Shown piece after piece: positions 8,901-18,834 of a DNA stretch of 64,000 nucleotides (its first letter is position 1; every line of letters begins with the position of its first letter). The position numbers and the translations under genes are program-made. Source of the DNA: a virus. Its lineage: Duplodnaviria > Caudoviricetes. The DNA is taken from the IMG/VR virus record IMGVR_UViG_3300001598_001736, positions 1,297 through 65,296 of that record. One strand, given 5' to 3'. The notes under the pieces are model-generated. The model did no database searches. It was not told where the DNA came from and saw only the letters and a program-made list of their open reading frames with translations.

Positions 8901-11556
8901 CAAGATTTTTCTTGCTGTTGCAAATGTCACCCATTGCATATAACACGGTATCACCGGGCTGTAACTGCTGCGAGCCTATCCATATAGTGTTGGTGCTTGT
9001 GTTTGTGAAGAAGACAGCACAGGGTTTACCCTCGACGGTATCACGCACGCCTGCCGTTTCTCTTGCGGGTACGATATAAGGCTGATATTGATTATACATA
9101 TCTGCGGCACAGATATTATTGGCACACTCAGACGAAGCAACATTGACTTTGATATTCAGATAATTTACCGGGATAGCACCCTGTGATATAGCGTACTCTT
9201 TGCCGGAGTTCTTGAAATTGATGTCAAGGTTAAATGCTGACCGCCCGTAAGCAGCGGATGAAGTGCCCTGTACCTGAAATGTTGTATTGTTTTCAAGTTC
9301 CAGAAGTTCTGCACCGTCCTGAATTGTTACAACAGCATTTACCGGGTCCTTTTTACCTGTAGTCATACGGTCAGCGGAGATTTTGACTATTGTTAGGTCA
9401 GGACACGCTTCATGGAGTGTTGACGGCGTAATGTTTCCATTATCATCATATATATCGTTTGCCTTATAACGCTCAATTTTCTCTGCAGTTGTTGCACCGA
9501 GAGATATATAGTTTTGGAGCATTTCACGGTAAGACAGTGCCGTGTTATAAACACGGATTGCATAAATCCATACATCGCAGTGGTCTGAACCTATTACAAG
9601 ATTGTTTTCGTCCTGTACAAGCGTGCCGGATGTGTAGGTCTGCACCAGTGACGGAATGCCGTCAAGCCATACGGTCATTACTCTGTGATCGTTGACTTCT
9701 TCCACATTTACAGACAAGTCAATTCTGCTTTCCTCACAGTAGCGGAAAAGCTGACCTGTTGTGTTGTTAAGTCTTAATTCTCCTTCATTTGCTCTGAGAA
9801 TTATGCCCTTTGAGGCTCCGTTATTGAGTTCAGACATTGCAACCGCATCATAAGTATCACTGTTTGCGATTTTGAACGAAACATCAACTGTTTTTCCGTT
9901 TCCGTCTGAATCTTCAAACAAAGCACGGGGAAGCGTTACATGATTACCCTTTTTTATGACAAAGGCTGCTGTGCCGTTTTCATCTGCGGCAAATCCGCCA
10001 TTTATCCAGTCGAACCCATCACTGAAAGAGAGGTCTCCAAAGTCAGCTCTGTCGCTGTCAGTATTTGCGTGACCTGTTGGATTGAGAAGATAGCGGAGAT
10101 TATCGCCAGTTACCATACCAATATCATACTGGCTTTGTGTTATTACCAGTGTCATTGTATCGGAGCTGTCTCCGCAGGTTAATGTTACTGTTTTATTTCC
10201 GTAATCCTGCGGAGCATAAGATATTGACTGTAATGTTCTGCCGGCTATCAATGAACGGGCAGATTCTGAGCCTATCTGTATTGCACAGTTTGCAGTTTCA
10301 TTATCCGGGTCAAACACGAAAAACTGTATAGTGGTATTATCATACTGTACTGTATTCTGAGATGATTTTGCAAATGCAACTATAGGCTCATCAGCACCAT
10401 AGCCCCATATTGCAACAAAGCTGATAGGGTCAGTTTCGTCATCTTCATCCGTTCCGGACACCATAACTGCTGTTATTGTATTTATCCCGGTTTCAAACAT
10501 AGCCTTATCAATCTCAAATGTTACGGCTCTGCTGCCAGTGACCTCTCTTTCAAAATCTTCTTCGCCGATTGAGAGGATAACGGTGTTTGTTGTCCTTGCC
10601 TGTGCTGATACATTTACAACTATATACACATTCTCGTTTGCTGTATAAAGCGTAATGGGCTGTATCGCAGAACCCCAAGCAAGAGAAAAAGCAGAGGAAG
10701 TAATATTCCACTGCCTGTTAAGTGTTGCACCGCTCTCTGAGGATATAACCGCTTTAACGGTGCTTGTATCTGATTGTCTTAAATGGTCTTTTGCATTGAA
10801 AGTGAATGATGTTCCACTCGCTTTATCGGCAACAGTTGATTTAAGGACTCCGTCAACATACCACAAAACAGATATGTTGGTATCGTCTGTTGAAGTTGCC
10901 GTAAATCCGAAAATAGCGTCAGCTCCGTTACGAACAGAAGAAGGTTTCAGAACATTGGCAAGGGTTATTGCTGCCGATGTTGTACCGCCACCGCCGCCAC
11001 CGCCCGAAAACGGCCCGAGAGGTCCTGCGGCAACTTCGTCACCGGCCATTAAATAAAGATAGCCATCATCAACATAGGCATCATCTATTTTTCCGGCAAG
11101 AGCCTCTTTCATTTCCTCGACATCATTTCCTAAGGCACTCAATTCTTCAAGTAATTCATTTGCTTCCTGAAGCGCTGCTGACGCTGCCTGTGCCGCTGTA
11201 TTTGCCGAAGAAGCGGAAGCGGCAGCTGATGAAGCGGCAGACTGTGCCGCCGTAGCTTTTGTATTTGCCGTGTTTGCTGTTGATAGTGCTGTGTCTGCTT
11301 TTCCGTTCGCAGTATTCGCCGTTGCAACGGCTGATTCGGCTATTTCAACAGCACTTTCGGCTGTTTCAGCGGCTTCTTCTGCCGCTTCCTGTGCGGCTTC
11401 TGCGGCATCAGCTGCTCGGCTTGATTCAGCTGCCACCGCTTTTTTAAGTGTTTTTACCTTTATGTTATATGTTTCATCGTTTGAGGAAACAAGCAGTAAA
11501 TCATCATCAAGGGCTTCTTCAACCGTTGCAAATTCATTTATGAGCTTGTCAGCCAT
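5914..11556 (-). CDS. 1880-aa tail fibre/receptor-binding protein, DGR target (C-terminal DUF6273-like CLec domain)
   Basis: Last large gene of the tail module; carries VR. Ala-rich coiled coil, poly-Gly hinge, LamG-like, CotH-like, LRR-like and InlB-B-like segments recognised by motif. Confidence 0.85.
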   Translation of the reverse strand: MADKLINEFATVEEALDDDLLLVSSNDETYNIKVKTLKKAVAAESSRAADAAEAAQEAAEEAAETAESAVEIAESAVATANTANGKADTALSTANTANTKATAAQSAASSAAASASSANTAAQAASAALQEANELLEELSALGNDVEEMKEALAGKIDDAYVDDGYLYLMAGDEVAAGPLGPFSGGGGGGGTTSAAITLANVLKPSSVRNGADAIFGFTATSTDDTNISVLWYVDGVLKSTVADKASGTSFTFNAKDHLRQSDTSTVKAVISSESGATLNRQWNITSSAFSLAWGSAIQPITLYTANENVYIVVNVSAQARTTNTVILSIGEEDFEREVTGSRAVTFEIDKAMFETGINTITAVMVSGTDEDDETDPISFVAIWGYGADEPIVAFAKSSQNTVQYDNTTIQFFVFDPDNETANCAIQIGSESARSLIAGRTLQSISYAPQDYGNKTVTLTCGDSSDTMTLVITQSQYDIGMVTGDNLRYLLNPTGHANTDSDRADFGDLSFSDGFDWINGGFAADENGTAAFVIKKGNHVTLPRALFEDSDGNGKTVDVSFKIANSDTYDAVAMSELNNGASKGIILRANEGELRLNNTTGQLFRYCEESRIDLSVNVEEVNDHRVMTVWLDGIPSLVQTYTSGTLVQDENNLVIGSDHCDVWIYAIRVYNTALSYREMLQNYISLGATTAEKIERYKANDIYDDNGNITPSTLHEACPDLTIVKISADRMTTGKKDPVNAVVTIQDGAELLELENNTTFQVQGTSSAAYGRSAFNLDINFKNSGKEYAISQGAIPVNYLNIKVNVASSECANNICAADMYNQYQPYIVPARETAGVRDTVEGKPCAVFFTNTSTNTIWIGSQQLQPGDTVLYAMGDICNSKKNLVVFGQDGTGEHYAKGCIEVSGNDTPAQQFKATSTYNSEDGEWQTVNGTTVSTDYEWRAEPKAADLDAVVGAWDDTVEWLVSTAVDLATPETALDEAVTYGGVEYTHDTAQYRLAKFKAEVGDYFAIDSLLYHFLWMEFYAAFDNVSKNTFYSFEWDETAGKYLWNINKNYDDDTILGCDNDGVPLADYGADFGDTAGSRSLFNADSNTIWVNIQSAFASELAAMYIMLRGRGAWTAQTIINKWNNYQSIRPHAAMAEDAYNKYILPYKTTGVTVGTEVKSYDDSYLARLQGSKKYQRNQFVTYQAKYMDGKYGYYSTSESITFRANAPAGTTQDLIVKAYAKTYVTIIVDNGTRVSKKIATGGTATFQNTAVHSNATIYVTPESLIQSITPIDSINNSTFAAAGASKLQEVMLGAEDSENTAWDANTGLNIPTAILTDLSIRNLVNFSRPLDLSANVELETVDTRGTNAGLITLPAYAPLTDIHLNACSGIVALDLLDVESFSMANGNNLTTVRVENCNSIVNAAMATLLEQAVSYGGNATHYIRYLGADLTFTTGDALYAIASKWKGYNALGEASNTPVITGECYIGSLSQAELTAIETAFPELEVTYGSIVPAYTVTFKNYDGTVLNTQTIKRNSAAVNPITAELISTPTKASTVAKTYEFSGWDVAFNHILQDTIVTAQFTESDRYYTIRYYDGTVVVQTNSVIAHGSSNYTGAGLSGSGIWTGWDETADDVVSDMDIHAVYVTPVLPDTAVTEYDYLYSDDPEDDSAYSLAEFYGIMTLGNPKTYFTVGDKIKIVPHTNVFADLEIVLQLYGFNHFKISGSNNFAGCTFGMLGIMNANHRMNASNTNVGGWKSCEMRTWLNSTILSALPVYWQSMIKSVDVISSIGNTSALTDTTSDKLFLFSYAEVGFSANEVPYKNEVDADAEQKTFALFTSNTSRIKKTYNGEGSASSWWLRSPLASSSSNFCFVDNFGGSASNAASNSYGVAFGFCI
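5925..6047 (-). repeat. DGR variable repeat (VR) at target C-terminus
   Basis: Encodes ASSWWLRSPLASSSSNFCFVDNFGGSASNAASNSYGVAFG; TR in the same frame reads ASNWWLRSPLASSSSNFCNVNNNGNSNNNNASNSNGVAFG. Confidence 0.97.
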
Positions 11557-11569
11557 AAATTACACCCCC

Positions 11570-11776
11570 TTAATTTGTGCTTGTAAGCTTATCATTAAGC
11601 CAAGCATTTATATCATCGATTGCAGAAAGTATGTTGCTGTCCATAACAATACAGGTTTCCCTCTGATTTGATTTCAGAAGGTTTCCGTAACTGTCAATAA
11701 CAGAAAAAGTGTAGGACACTCGCATACCCTCGGCGGTCTGGTGAGCAGTAAAGCTTGTAATTATCTTAGTTTCCAT
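11570..11776 (-). CDS. Small hypothetical tail protein
   Basis: 68 aa; overlaps the upstream tail gene; RBS gaggtag. Confidence 0.6.
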   Translation of the reverse strand: METKIITSFTAHQTAEGMRVSYTFSVIDSYGNLLKSNQRETCIVMDSNILSAIDDINAWLNDKLTSTN

Positions 11777-14297
11777 TGTTTTCTACCTCTTTTTCATAGT
11801 TTGAGAGATAATCCATTGCTGAATCGTCAATATTATCTGTCGGTCTTACATTGGGAATGCTTTTTGAATCCAAATACACATCACTATAACCCTTCTGCTT
11901 ACAGTGTATCTGCCAGTCAAAGGTTGTTCCGGGCTGACCGTAAACAGTAAATTGCATATTGCCTTTTTCGGTGTATTCAATTCTGCCGGGACTGGTTTGG
12001 GTAGTCATTACATAAAAATCGGAATGACTGTCTATGGTTTCAATGAATTTCGGATTGAAAACAATTTCACAAATTCCCGATTCATCAATAACCCCGGAAC
12101 CCATATCAGAGAACAGAGCGGCAGCACTTTCCACGGCGTTTAATGCAACCGAGCCATAGTGCTCCGTGTCAACAACTCTGTTTTTTGCACCAATAACCAC
12201 CAGGTCATTATTGATATAAACGCCATTCTGAAAACAAGCAGTGCTTTCATCGCCCGTCATAAACATCCGTGTATAGTAGCTTCCCTGAGATAACTGAATA
12301 TAGTTTTTGAAAGTGGCGTAACTATCAACTTCAATGTGCGAATCAAAATAGGCATATCCATTAACTTCAATATTGTTATCAAAAGTTGCCATATCCCAAA
12401 AATAAGATTCGCACCATGCCACAAATTCTGCAGGGATTGACGGTAGGAGACCATTATTAAAGCAAAAATACCAACCTCCTTCTGTACCAAAGGTGATACC
12501 GTAAGCATTTGTACCGAAGTGAACAACATCATAAAACTTACCTGATCCGCCCTGTGATTGGGTTACACCGGTAATAGACCCAACTTTGGAATTGTTCTTG
12601 TAAAAAACAAGTTCCCCGTTTGACATTTCAGTACCAACGCCACTGCTGTTTATGCTTTTCATTGTTCCGGAAGCAGAAAAGTTTGTAGCTATAACATCTC
12701 CGTTTTTTGACAATTTGAAGTTAGTGCTGTCAATACTGAGACGGTTTGCTCGTATATCAATGCCACCGCTCTCCATGGAGAGTTCACTTGAAACATTACC
12801 CTTACTCACTTTAAGCAATAAACTTTCAGCAGTTTGTTCAAGCAAGGAAGACAGCTCTTCTTCTTCATCCTGTGCTCGGGAAATTTCAGATGCAAGGCGT
12901 TCAGCTGTCAACTGAATCTGTGCTGACAATGTACCTTCTGCCTGTGTAGCTCTTGTTATCTCCGCAAGAAGGGAATCAGCAGTTTGCTGGAGCTGAACCC
13001 TTGTATATTCTCTCAGCGTTCTTACCGAGGTTATAAGGTTGAGAAGCTTTTTCTTTTCGGATAGATACGGATATTCTTTGCTTAATTCGTCACTGTTCGG
13101 TGCACTTATATTAGCATGAAAGCCAATATCAAGAGTAAGCATTGCCGAAAGCATAACGCTTGTTATATCTCCTATCTTAATCTGGTCTCCCAGTTCGGTA
13201 GCAGGATCATAACAAGCGTTTTTGGCTGTATATGGCATATACACCAAGCCCTCATACTGTTCAAACAAATCATTACATATCTGTTGAGCAATATACGGAT
13301 TGTTCTCAAATTTCAGGACGGCTCCGTCTTCGGTGCCGGCAGTATAGTGGGTGCTGTTTTCGTCAGTAATATCCACGCCTGTTATTACTACCTTTTTACC
13401 GTGATTTAGTTCACCGCAAACAATGGGTATGTTGATACATCCGTTCACAGCATCAACGCTTCCGTCTTCTGCCCATATAAGATAATATCCGTCAGTTGTA
13501 ACGAGCCTTGCACCTGTTTCATCTGTTATGTAATGTGTTACCGGATAAGATGTGTCCGGTGTAGTTCCTGCCGGAGCAGGCATTACAGCATTATACTCTG
13601 TTTGAAGCTTATGACATAAAATATCGTTTTCAACTGTTTTGAGCCGTTCATAATCACTACTTAAAATATGGAATGTTTCATCCGGTGCAGTAATAAGAGG
13701 TACGAGCCGCAGCAGATTGTCTTCTGTTATTATCCAGTTGCCGCCGTGACAGGCACCTATATACCCCAAAACCTGTATCATAGATTCGGTTTCGGGGTAT
13801 GTCACCATGTAAGCCGCACCAGTTCGTATTTTGGTACGAGGATCTATACCGACACCCAACCGTTCTGCAATATTCTCAACAATTTCAATCATTGTTTTCG
13901 GCCAATCGTTTTCACCGTCATAGCCGGTAATGAATGTTTGGTTGCCTTTCAGCATTGCATCGTAACAAGAGATTGTGGTGAGACCTTCATAACTTGTATC
14001 ACGGTAGTCAATAAAAAAGGTACCAAATTCTTTCCACTCACTGACAGTTTTACCGTTTGTCAAACGCCCCATTACAACAACGGAGCTTGACTCCGGTATA
14101 TCGTCATCGGTGAGAATAGATACCTGCATAGACGCAGCGGAACAGTTACCAACTGACATAGGAGAAGGCATTAAAGGCCTACTGATTACAGGGGCTGATA
14201 TTTTGTTATAATCTGTGCCGGCAATTCTCAGCTTTGTTTCAAGCATGAAATTCCCACGAGCAGCCAGCTTTTCCCATACTTTGCTTCGCTGTCTCAT
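11766..14297 (-). CDS. Tail tip / baseplate hub-spike protein
   Basis: Follows TMP and Dit; central coiled coil (QLQQTADSLLAEITRA); C-terminal GAKNRVVDTEHYG...ESAAALFSDMGSG typical of Firmicutes tail proteins. Confidence 0.75.
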   Translation of the reverse strand: MRQRSKVWEKLAARGNFMLETKLRIAGTDYNKISAPVISRPLMPSPMSVGNCSAASMQVSILTDDDIPESSSVVVMGRLTNGKTVSEWKEFGTFFIDYRDTSYEGLTTISCYDAMLKGNQTFITGYDGENDWPKTMIEIVENIAERLGVGIDPRTKIRTGAAYMVTYPETESMIQVLGYIGACHGGNWIITEDNLLRLVPLITAPDETFHILSSDYERLKTVENDILCHKLQTEYNAVMPAPAGTTPDTSYPVTHYITDETGARLVTTDGYYLIWAEDGSVDAVNGCINIPIVCGELNHGKKVVITGVDITDENSTHYTAGTEDGAVLKFENNPYIAQQICNDLFEQYEGLVYMPYTAKNACYDPATELGDQIKIGDITSVMLSAMLTLDIGFHANISAPNSDELSKEYPYLSEKKKLLNLITSVRTLREYTRVQLQQTADSLLAEITRATQAEGTLSAQIQLTAERLASEISRAQDEEEELSSLLEQTAESLLLKVSKGNVSSELSMESGGIDIRANRLSIDSTNFKLSKNGDVIATNFSASGTMKSINSSGVGTEMSNGELVFYKNNSKVGSITGVTQSQGGSGKFYDVVHFGTNAYGITFGTEGGWYFCFNNGLLPSIPAEFVAWCESYFWDMATFDNNIEVNGYAYFDSHIEVDSYATFKNYIQLSQGSYYTRMFMTGDESTACFQNGVYINNDLVVIGAKNRVVDTEHYGSVALNAVESAAALFSDMGSGVIDESGICEIVFNPKFIETIDSHSDFYVMTTQTSPGRIEYTEKGNMQFTVYGQPGTTFDWQIHCKQKGYSDVYLDSKSIPNVRPTDNIDDSAMDYLSNYEKEVENNGN

Positions 14298-14303
14298 AGA
14301 AAA

Positions 14304-14675
14304 TCACCTCTCTGTTATATCAAAACTACAGCCATTGTAATATGTTATTTTCTGACTTTTATTATACTGTTGGTCTCCGTAATCAAGGGTAGATGTGTAG
14401 AAGGACTTTGTAAGTCTTCGGTTTGTTTTCGGGTCAAGAATAGTAATGCTTACATATTCAGGGTTAATATCCTGAGCGATTGACAACATTATTTGTTCAG
14501 GCAAATCCAAAAAACGCACATTGTATTTGTCCTTCTGTGTAATACGCTTTCGGTACATTAACCCGTCAAGAATGTTTCGCCCGCTTCCATCAGCGTCCAG
14601 GTCATTTCTTACAGGATGTAAGGTTTCGATGAAAACCGCATAATCGTGACCGTTAATTATAAAACAAGGTTTCAT
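14304..14675 (-). CDS. Putative distal tail protein
   Basis: 123 aa directly after TMP; NDLDADGSGRNILDGLMYRKRI. Confidence 0.65.
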   Translation of the reverse strand: MKPCFIINGHDYAVFIETLHPVRNDLDADGSGRNILDGLMYRKRITQKDKYNVRFLDLPEQIMLSIAQDINPEYVSITILDPKTNRRLTKSFYTSTLDYGDQQYNKSQKITYYNGCSFDITER

Positions 14676-14685
14676 ATTCTACCTC

Positions 14686-17600
14686 CTAATCCAGTAACGG
14701 TGATGTACCGAGCATTTTTGTACGGCGGTTTATTTCTGCAATAACACCGCTTGCTATGCCCGTTATATCTCCGTTGCATTTACCGCCACCGTATATGCGG
14801 ATAGCTTCAACTATTTCGCTTGCTGCTTCTGCAACAACTTTCACTACTGTAGCGGAAAGTTCGTCATTTGAAGCCGTAATAGCGTCATAATCGCCACCGT
14901 TTGGTTTGTTGGTATTATCTGATACCCTGTACGGAACAAGGCCGTTCTGAGCCACTACAGGCATTGAGAATGTAACGCTGTCTGCTATTGACTGTAAGCG
15001 ATTCATAAGGTCACTGAATCCATTGATAACGGTATCAGAAAAATCAATCAATGAGCTTTCCAAACCACTGTCGGCAGATATTGTACTGAATGAGAAATTA
15101 CCGTTTTTCATTTCTGCTGATATAGCGTCTGCCATATCGGAAACAGTACCAAGAACAGAAGATTCCGAGGCTTCAATACCTTCGCCAACACCAAGGCCTA
15201 TGTTCAAGCCGACAGTATCACGGAAAAGCCGTGACGGTGAATGAATACCGAGTGCTTCCTTTGCTTCGTTCAAAAGCTTTGTAGCAAGATTCTTTACCGT
15301 ATCTTTCAGCCAATTCCAGCTGTTTTCAAGACCATTCTTAATACCAGAACCAATGTTAGAGCCCAGGCCGAACCAATCCCTGCCTGTAATATCAGCGGCA
15401 ATTTCGCTTAACCGTTGAGCAGAGGTTGTTTTTATATTATTCAGAATGTCGCCTAATGAGCTTTTAACATTATTCCAAGTAGAAATAAGGTTTGTTTTTG
15501 TATTATTACTTTTATCTGAGGCGGAAGAATTTATGCTTTCAAAGCTCTGGGAGGCTGATGTTTTAATACTATTCAGCTTTTCGGATAAGTCGTTTTTGAT
15601 TTCTCCCCATTTCTGAGCGGAATTTGATTTTATATTCTCTAATTTTGAAGATACTGTAGATCTGATACCCTCAAATTTTTCCGAAGCAGAAGATTTGATA
15701 CTGTTCCACTTTTCAGTTAAATCTGTTTTTATGCTATTCCATTTTGTGCTTGCATCGGTTTTCATTTCTGTCCATCGTTCGCTGATAGTAGTTTTGAGAG
15801 CAGATAGTTTTTCCGAGAAGAAGCCTGTAATATTTGTCCAAGAGCCATTGATACCGTTCCACAAACCGTCTATGATGAATCCGCCCTGTTCAGCCATTTT
15901 GGTTGACGGTGAATGGATTCCAAAAGCATTTTTGAAGCCTTCAATAAACGGATTCCAAATGTGTTCAACAATCCAGTTACCGACATTTTTTAAGGCATCT
16001 ATTACGCCCTGACAGAAACCATCCCAAGTGAGCTTGCCCTGTTCATTCATATAGCCACTGAAATATTCTTTTACAGATTCCCAAGCGGCTTTTAGCGCTT
16101 TCCATATTTCCTGTCCAAGACCGTAAATAAGTGCCGAAGCACCGCCTATGATGCTTCCGAGCAGATGAAAAGCTTTTTCAACTACGCCTTTCCAATCAAA
16201 GGTTGTTACAAAATTAACAAGACTTTGCCACAAGTTTTTACCTAAGGTTTGCCAGTCCACATTTTCTATGAACCCTATTGCCAAATCCAACCGCCCTTTT
16301 ATGCTGTCACTTAATGTTCCTGCTGCCTCCTTTGCAATTTCGGGAAGCTTTTTAACAATAGCGTTTATTCCATTTGCTATGCTTCTTCCGACACCGGCAA
16401 AATCAAAAGCGTTGACTGCACTATGAATAGAACGAAGTGCAACCAAGACACCCGTTGCAAGAGTTAAACCGAGCTTCGACCAGTCAATTCCTGTTATGGA
16501 ACTGCTCAGCCCAGTTGAAATACCAGCAGTTAAAGCAGGCCAATCTATCTCTGTAATAAGCAGATAAACGGTGTTTATTAGGGTATTGATTCCCTCAGCG
16601 AAAGTATCTCCTATAAGTGTCCAGTCTATGGTATATATAAGAGAATTAAAAGCCTCTGCGAAAGCTTTTATGTACTTTGTGATAACACCGCCAACATTGT
16701 CCCAGCTTATAAAATCGTGTATCTTTTGGAATACTTCATTGATTTTTTCGCCGATAATTCTTCCGATTTCTGCATAGTCGCCATTTCGGAACGCTTCTTT
16801 AAGGCGGTTGACAAAATCGGTTATAGCCGATTCAATAGGTACTTCCTCAAACATATCCGCAGTGGTTAAGCCTGTACCGAGTTCATCTGCTATATCGTCA
16901 GCGATATTGTCTGGATCGACATCATTATTATCATTATTGGATTTTGATGAATCGCTTAAAATATTAAGGTCATCAAATCCAGCAAGTTGATTTTGTGCTT
17001 TTTCGGCTTCTTTTGCTGCCTTCTTTGTCTCTTTAGCGACTTTTTTTGTATTGTCGGCGGCTTTTTTGGCCGAATTACTTGTTTTGTCAAGTGAGGCTGC
17101 ATAATCCTGCTGTACTGCTTTTGCCACAGTGAATGACTTTGCACCCGTAAGGGCTGCAACAAATTTTCCTACCCAGGTAACCGCTTGGATAAGATAATCT
17201 ATGAGCCGTTTAAGAATAGGTGTAACCACCGTTAAAATCGGTGCAAATGCAGTTGCAAAAGAGTTTTTTAGCTGCGTGAGGCTTGACATAAGCACAGACA
17301 TATCAGCGTTTACTTCGGCAGAATACTGTGCAAGATTTTGTATGCCTTCTTTGCAACCTGATATAATGCTTGAAATGAAAGTACGCATTAACCGGCGTTT
17401 GAGCATGCTCCACAATCCGGTTAATTTGGATGTGAGCATACTTATTGCACCTTCGGCTCCACCTGATTCTTTTTTCATATTTCTCAGGTGTGATATACCG
17501 CTTTTTATTCCACTTACAAGCTTTTTAAAGCCGGAGACGCCGACCTGTCCTATTTTGGATAACCCGTTTTTGACTGATACTGCCACGGATCCGATTGTTT

Positions 17601-18261
17601 TCAGACCTTTTACAGCTGCATTTGCTCCCATTTTTGCAAGACTTTTTACAACTCCTGCGGCAACACTCTGTAACCTTGTCATAGGGCTTTTTGCTGTATC
17701 TGCTTCTGCTTTTAATTCAGCAAGCCTCGCTTTTGCCGCAGATAGGCTACTTTCAAGCTGAGCATATTCGGCAGTGTTCACGCCTAAATCAAAAGCTGTT
17801 CCATTGTTTTCCATAGCGGACTGTTCGGCTTTATAATGGGATAGTTCTTTTCTTGTAAGGTCAATATCGTACTGTAAGCTTTTCCAAGCCTGAGAGGATT
17901 CTTTTACTCCCATGCTTTTCATTTTAGCCTGCCTATCCTCAAGCTTTTCAAGCTTTTTATCGGCTTCACTTATTTTACTTGTCAAAAACTGATAATCTTC
18001 TGTGGGTGTTTTGGTGTTGCCAACCTTTTCGAGCTCACTTTCAAGCTCCAATATATTGCTTTCAAGGTCGTTTATTTCCGAATCATAAGCGGATATGGTG
18101 CTTGTGTTGTTTGTAAAAACATCTTCAAAACAACGTCCGAATGCACTGACTGTACTTTTAAGGGAATTTATGGCAGATTGTAATCTCTTACTGCCAGCGT
18201 CAAAACCTTTGTTGTCTAACTCGGTATCAATAATAATTGAACCGTCAGACTGTCCGGCCAT
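14686..18261 (-). CDS. Tape measure protein
   Basis: 1191 aa, helical, 11-residue W/F periodicity, two FGIHSPS/LGIHSPS motifs. Confidence 0.92.
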   Translation of the reverse strand: MAGQSDGSIIIDTELDNKGFDAGSKRLQSAINSLKSTVSAFGRCFEDVFTNNTSTISAYDSEINDLESNILELESELEKVGNTKTPTEDYQFLTSKISEADKKLEKLEDRQAKMKSMGVKESSQAWKSLQYDIDLTRKELSHYKAEQSAMENNGTAFDLGVNTAEYAQLESSLSAAKARLAELKAEADTAKSPMTRLQSVAAGVVKSLAKMGANAAVKGLKTIGSVAVSVKNGLSKIGQVGVSGFKKLVSGIKSGISHLRNMKKESGGAEGAISMLTSKLTGLWSMLKRRLMRTFISSIISGCKEGIQNLAQYSAEVNADMSVLMSSLTQLKNSFATAFAPILTVVTPILKRLIDYLIQAVTWVGKFVAALTGAKSFTVAKAVQQDYAASLDKTSNSAKKAADNTKKVAKETKKAAKEAEKAQNQLAGFDDLNILSDSSKSNNDNNDVDPDNIADDIADELGTGLTTADMFEEVPIESAITDFVNRLKEAFRNGDYAEIGRIIGEKINEVFQKIHDFISWDNVGGVITKYIKAFAEAFNSLIYTIDWTLIGDTFAEGINTLINTVYLLITEIDWPALTAGISTGLSSSITGIDWSKLGLTLATGVLVALRSIHSAVNAFDFAGVGRSIANGINAIVKKLPEIAKEAAGTLSDSIKGRLDLAIGFIENVDWQTLGKNLWQSLVNFVTTFDWKGVVEKAFHLLGSIIGGASALIYGLGQEIWKALKAAWESVKEYFSGYMNEQGKLTWDGFCQGVIDALKNVGNWIVEHIWNPFIEGFKNAFGIHSPSTKMAEQGGFIIDGLWNGINGSWTNITGFFSEKLSALKTTISERWTEMKTDASTKWNSIKTDLTEKWNSIKSSASEKFEGIRSTVSSKLENIKSNSAQKWGEIKNDLSEKLNSIKTSASQSFESINSSASDKSNNTKTNLISTWNNVKSSLGDILNNIKTTSAQRLSEIAADITGRDWFGLGSNIGSGIKNGLENSWNWLKDTVKNLATKLLNEAKEALGIHSPSRLFRDTVGLNIGLGVGEGIEASESSVLGTVSDMADAISAEMKNGNFSFSTISADSGLESSLIDFSDTVINGFSDLMNRLQSIADSVTFSMPVVAQNGLVPYRVSDNTNKPNGGDYDAITASNDELSATVVKVVAEAASEIVEAIRIYGGGKCNGDITGIASGVIAEINRRTKMLGTSPLLD

Positions 18262-18279
18262 AATATCACCTACCTTTTA

Positions 18280-18834
18280 TCAGAGCATTGCGTTAAGTCT
18301 ATCTTTCTCTCTTTGCTCTTCTGCCGAAAGCCTCGGCTTCAAAACGCAAAGAGCTTTGTTTGCGTTCCAGTATTCCTGTTCCCATTTGTCGAGTTTTTTA
18401 TGTTTAGCCTTTTTCAACCGCATACTCAAAATATTTGAAAAAACACCTTCTGGTATTTCCATGTAATATCCCATAAAGGTCCACCAATGGACATACTTTG
18501 CTTTGCGTGTCTCAAATCCGGCGGCTTTATTGACAGCGGGAAACATAATACATTCATCCTGCTCCCAGTCCATGACACGAGGCGATTTTTTATCGGTGTC
18601 TTTTATCCCGTAGTCAATAAAATCAAGAGCAGCCCGAAAAGCCTGTTCATAATCAGACTTTTTCAGCTGCTCATAATCTTTATAAAGAATGAAAAGGCAT
18701 ACATATATTTTTTCTTCTTCTTCAAGCTCAGGATCGCTGAAAGCACATACGATTTTCAACACATCCCGGAAGTCCGTTCTTATGGGGTGAGAAACACCAT
18801 TTACTGTTAAGGATTTCGGGAGTTCACCAATCAT
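18280..18834 (-). CDS. Gp15-like tail assembly protein
   Basis: IRTDFRDVL...MDWEQDE...HWWTFMGY; immediately before TMP. Confidence 0.75.
   Translation of the reverse strand: MIGELPKSLTVNGVSHPIRTDFRDVLKIVCAFSDPELEEEEKIYVCLFILYKDYEQLKKSDYEQAFRAALDFIDYGIKDTDKKSPRVMDWEQDECIMFPAVNKAAGFETRKAKYVHWWTFMGYYMEIPEGVFSNILSMRLKKAKHKKLDKWEQEYWNANKALCVLKPRLSAEEQREKDRLNAML

Noticed and set aside
11766-14297. Second DGR target elsewhere in the window
   Set aside because: I found no other copy of the TR/IMH sequence by eye, including at this tail gene's 3' end; an exhaustive alignment was not run.
6083-18466. Numerous plus-strand ORFs opposite tail genes (and similar shadows across the window)
   Set aside because: Antisense shadows of long minus-strand genes, lacking RBS and motifs.
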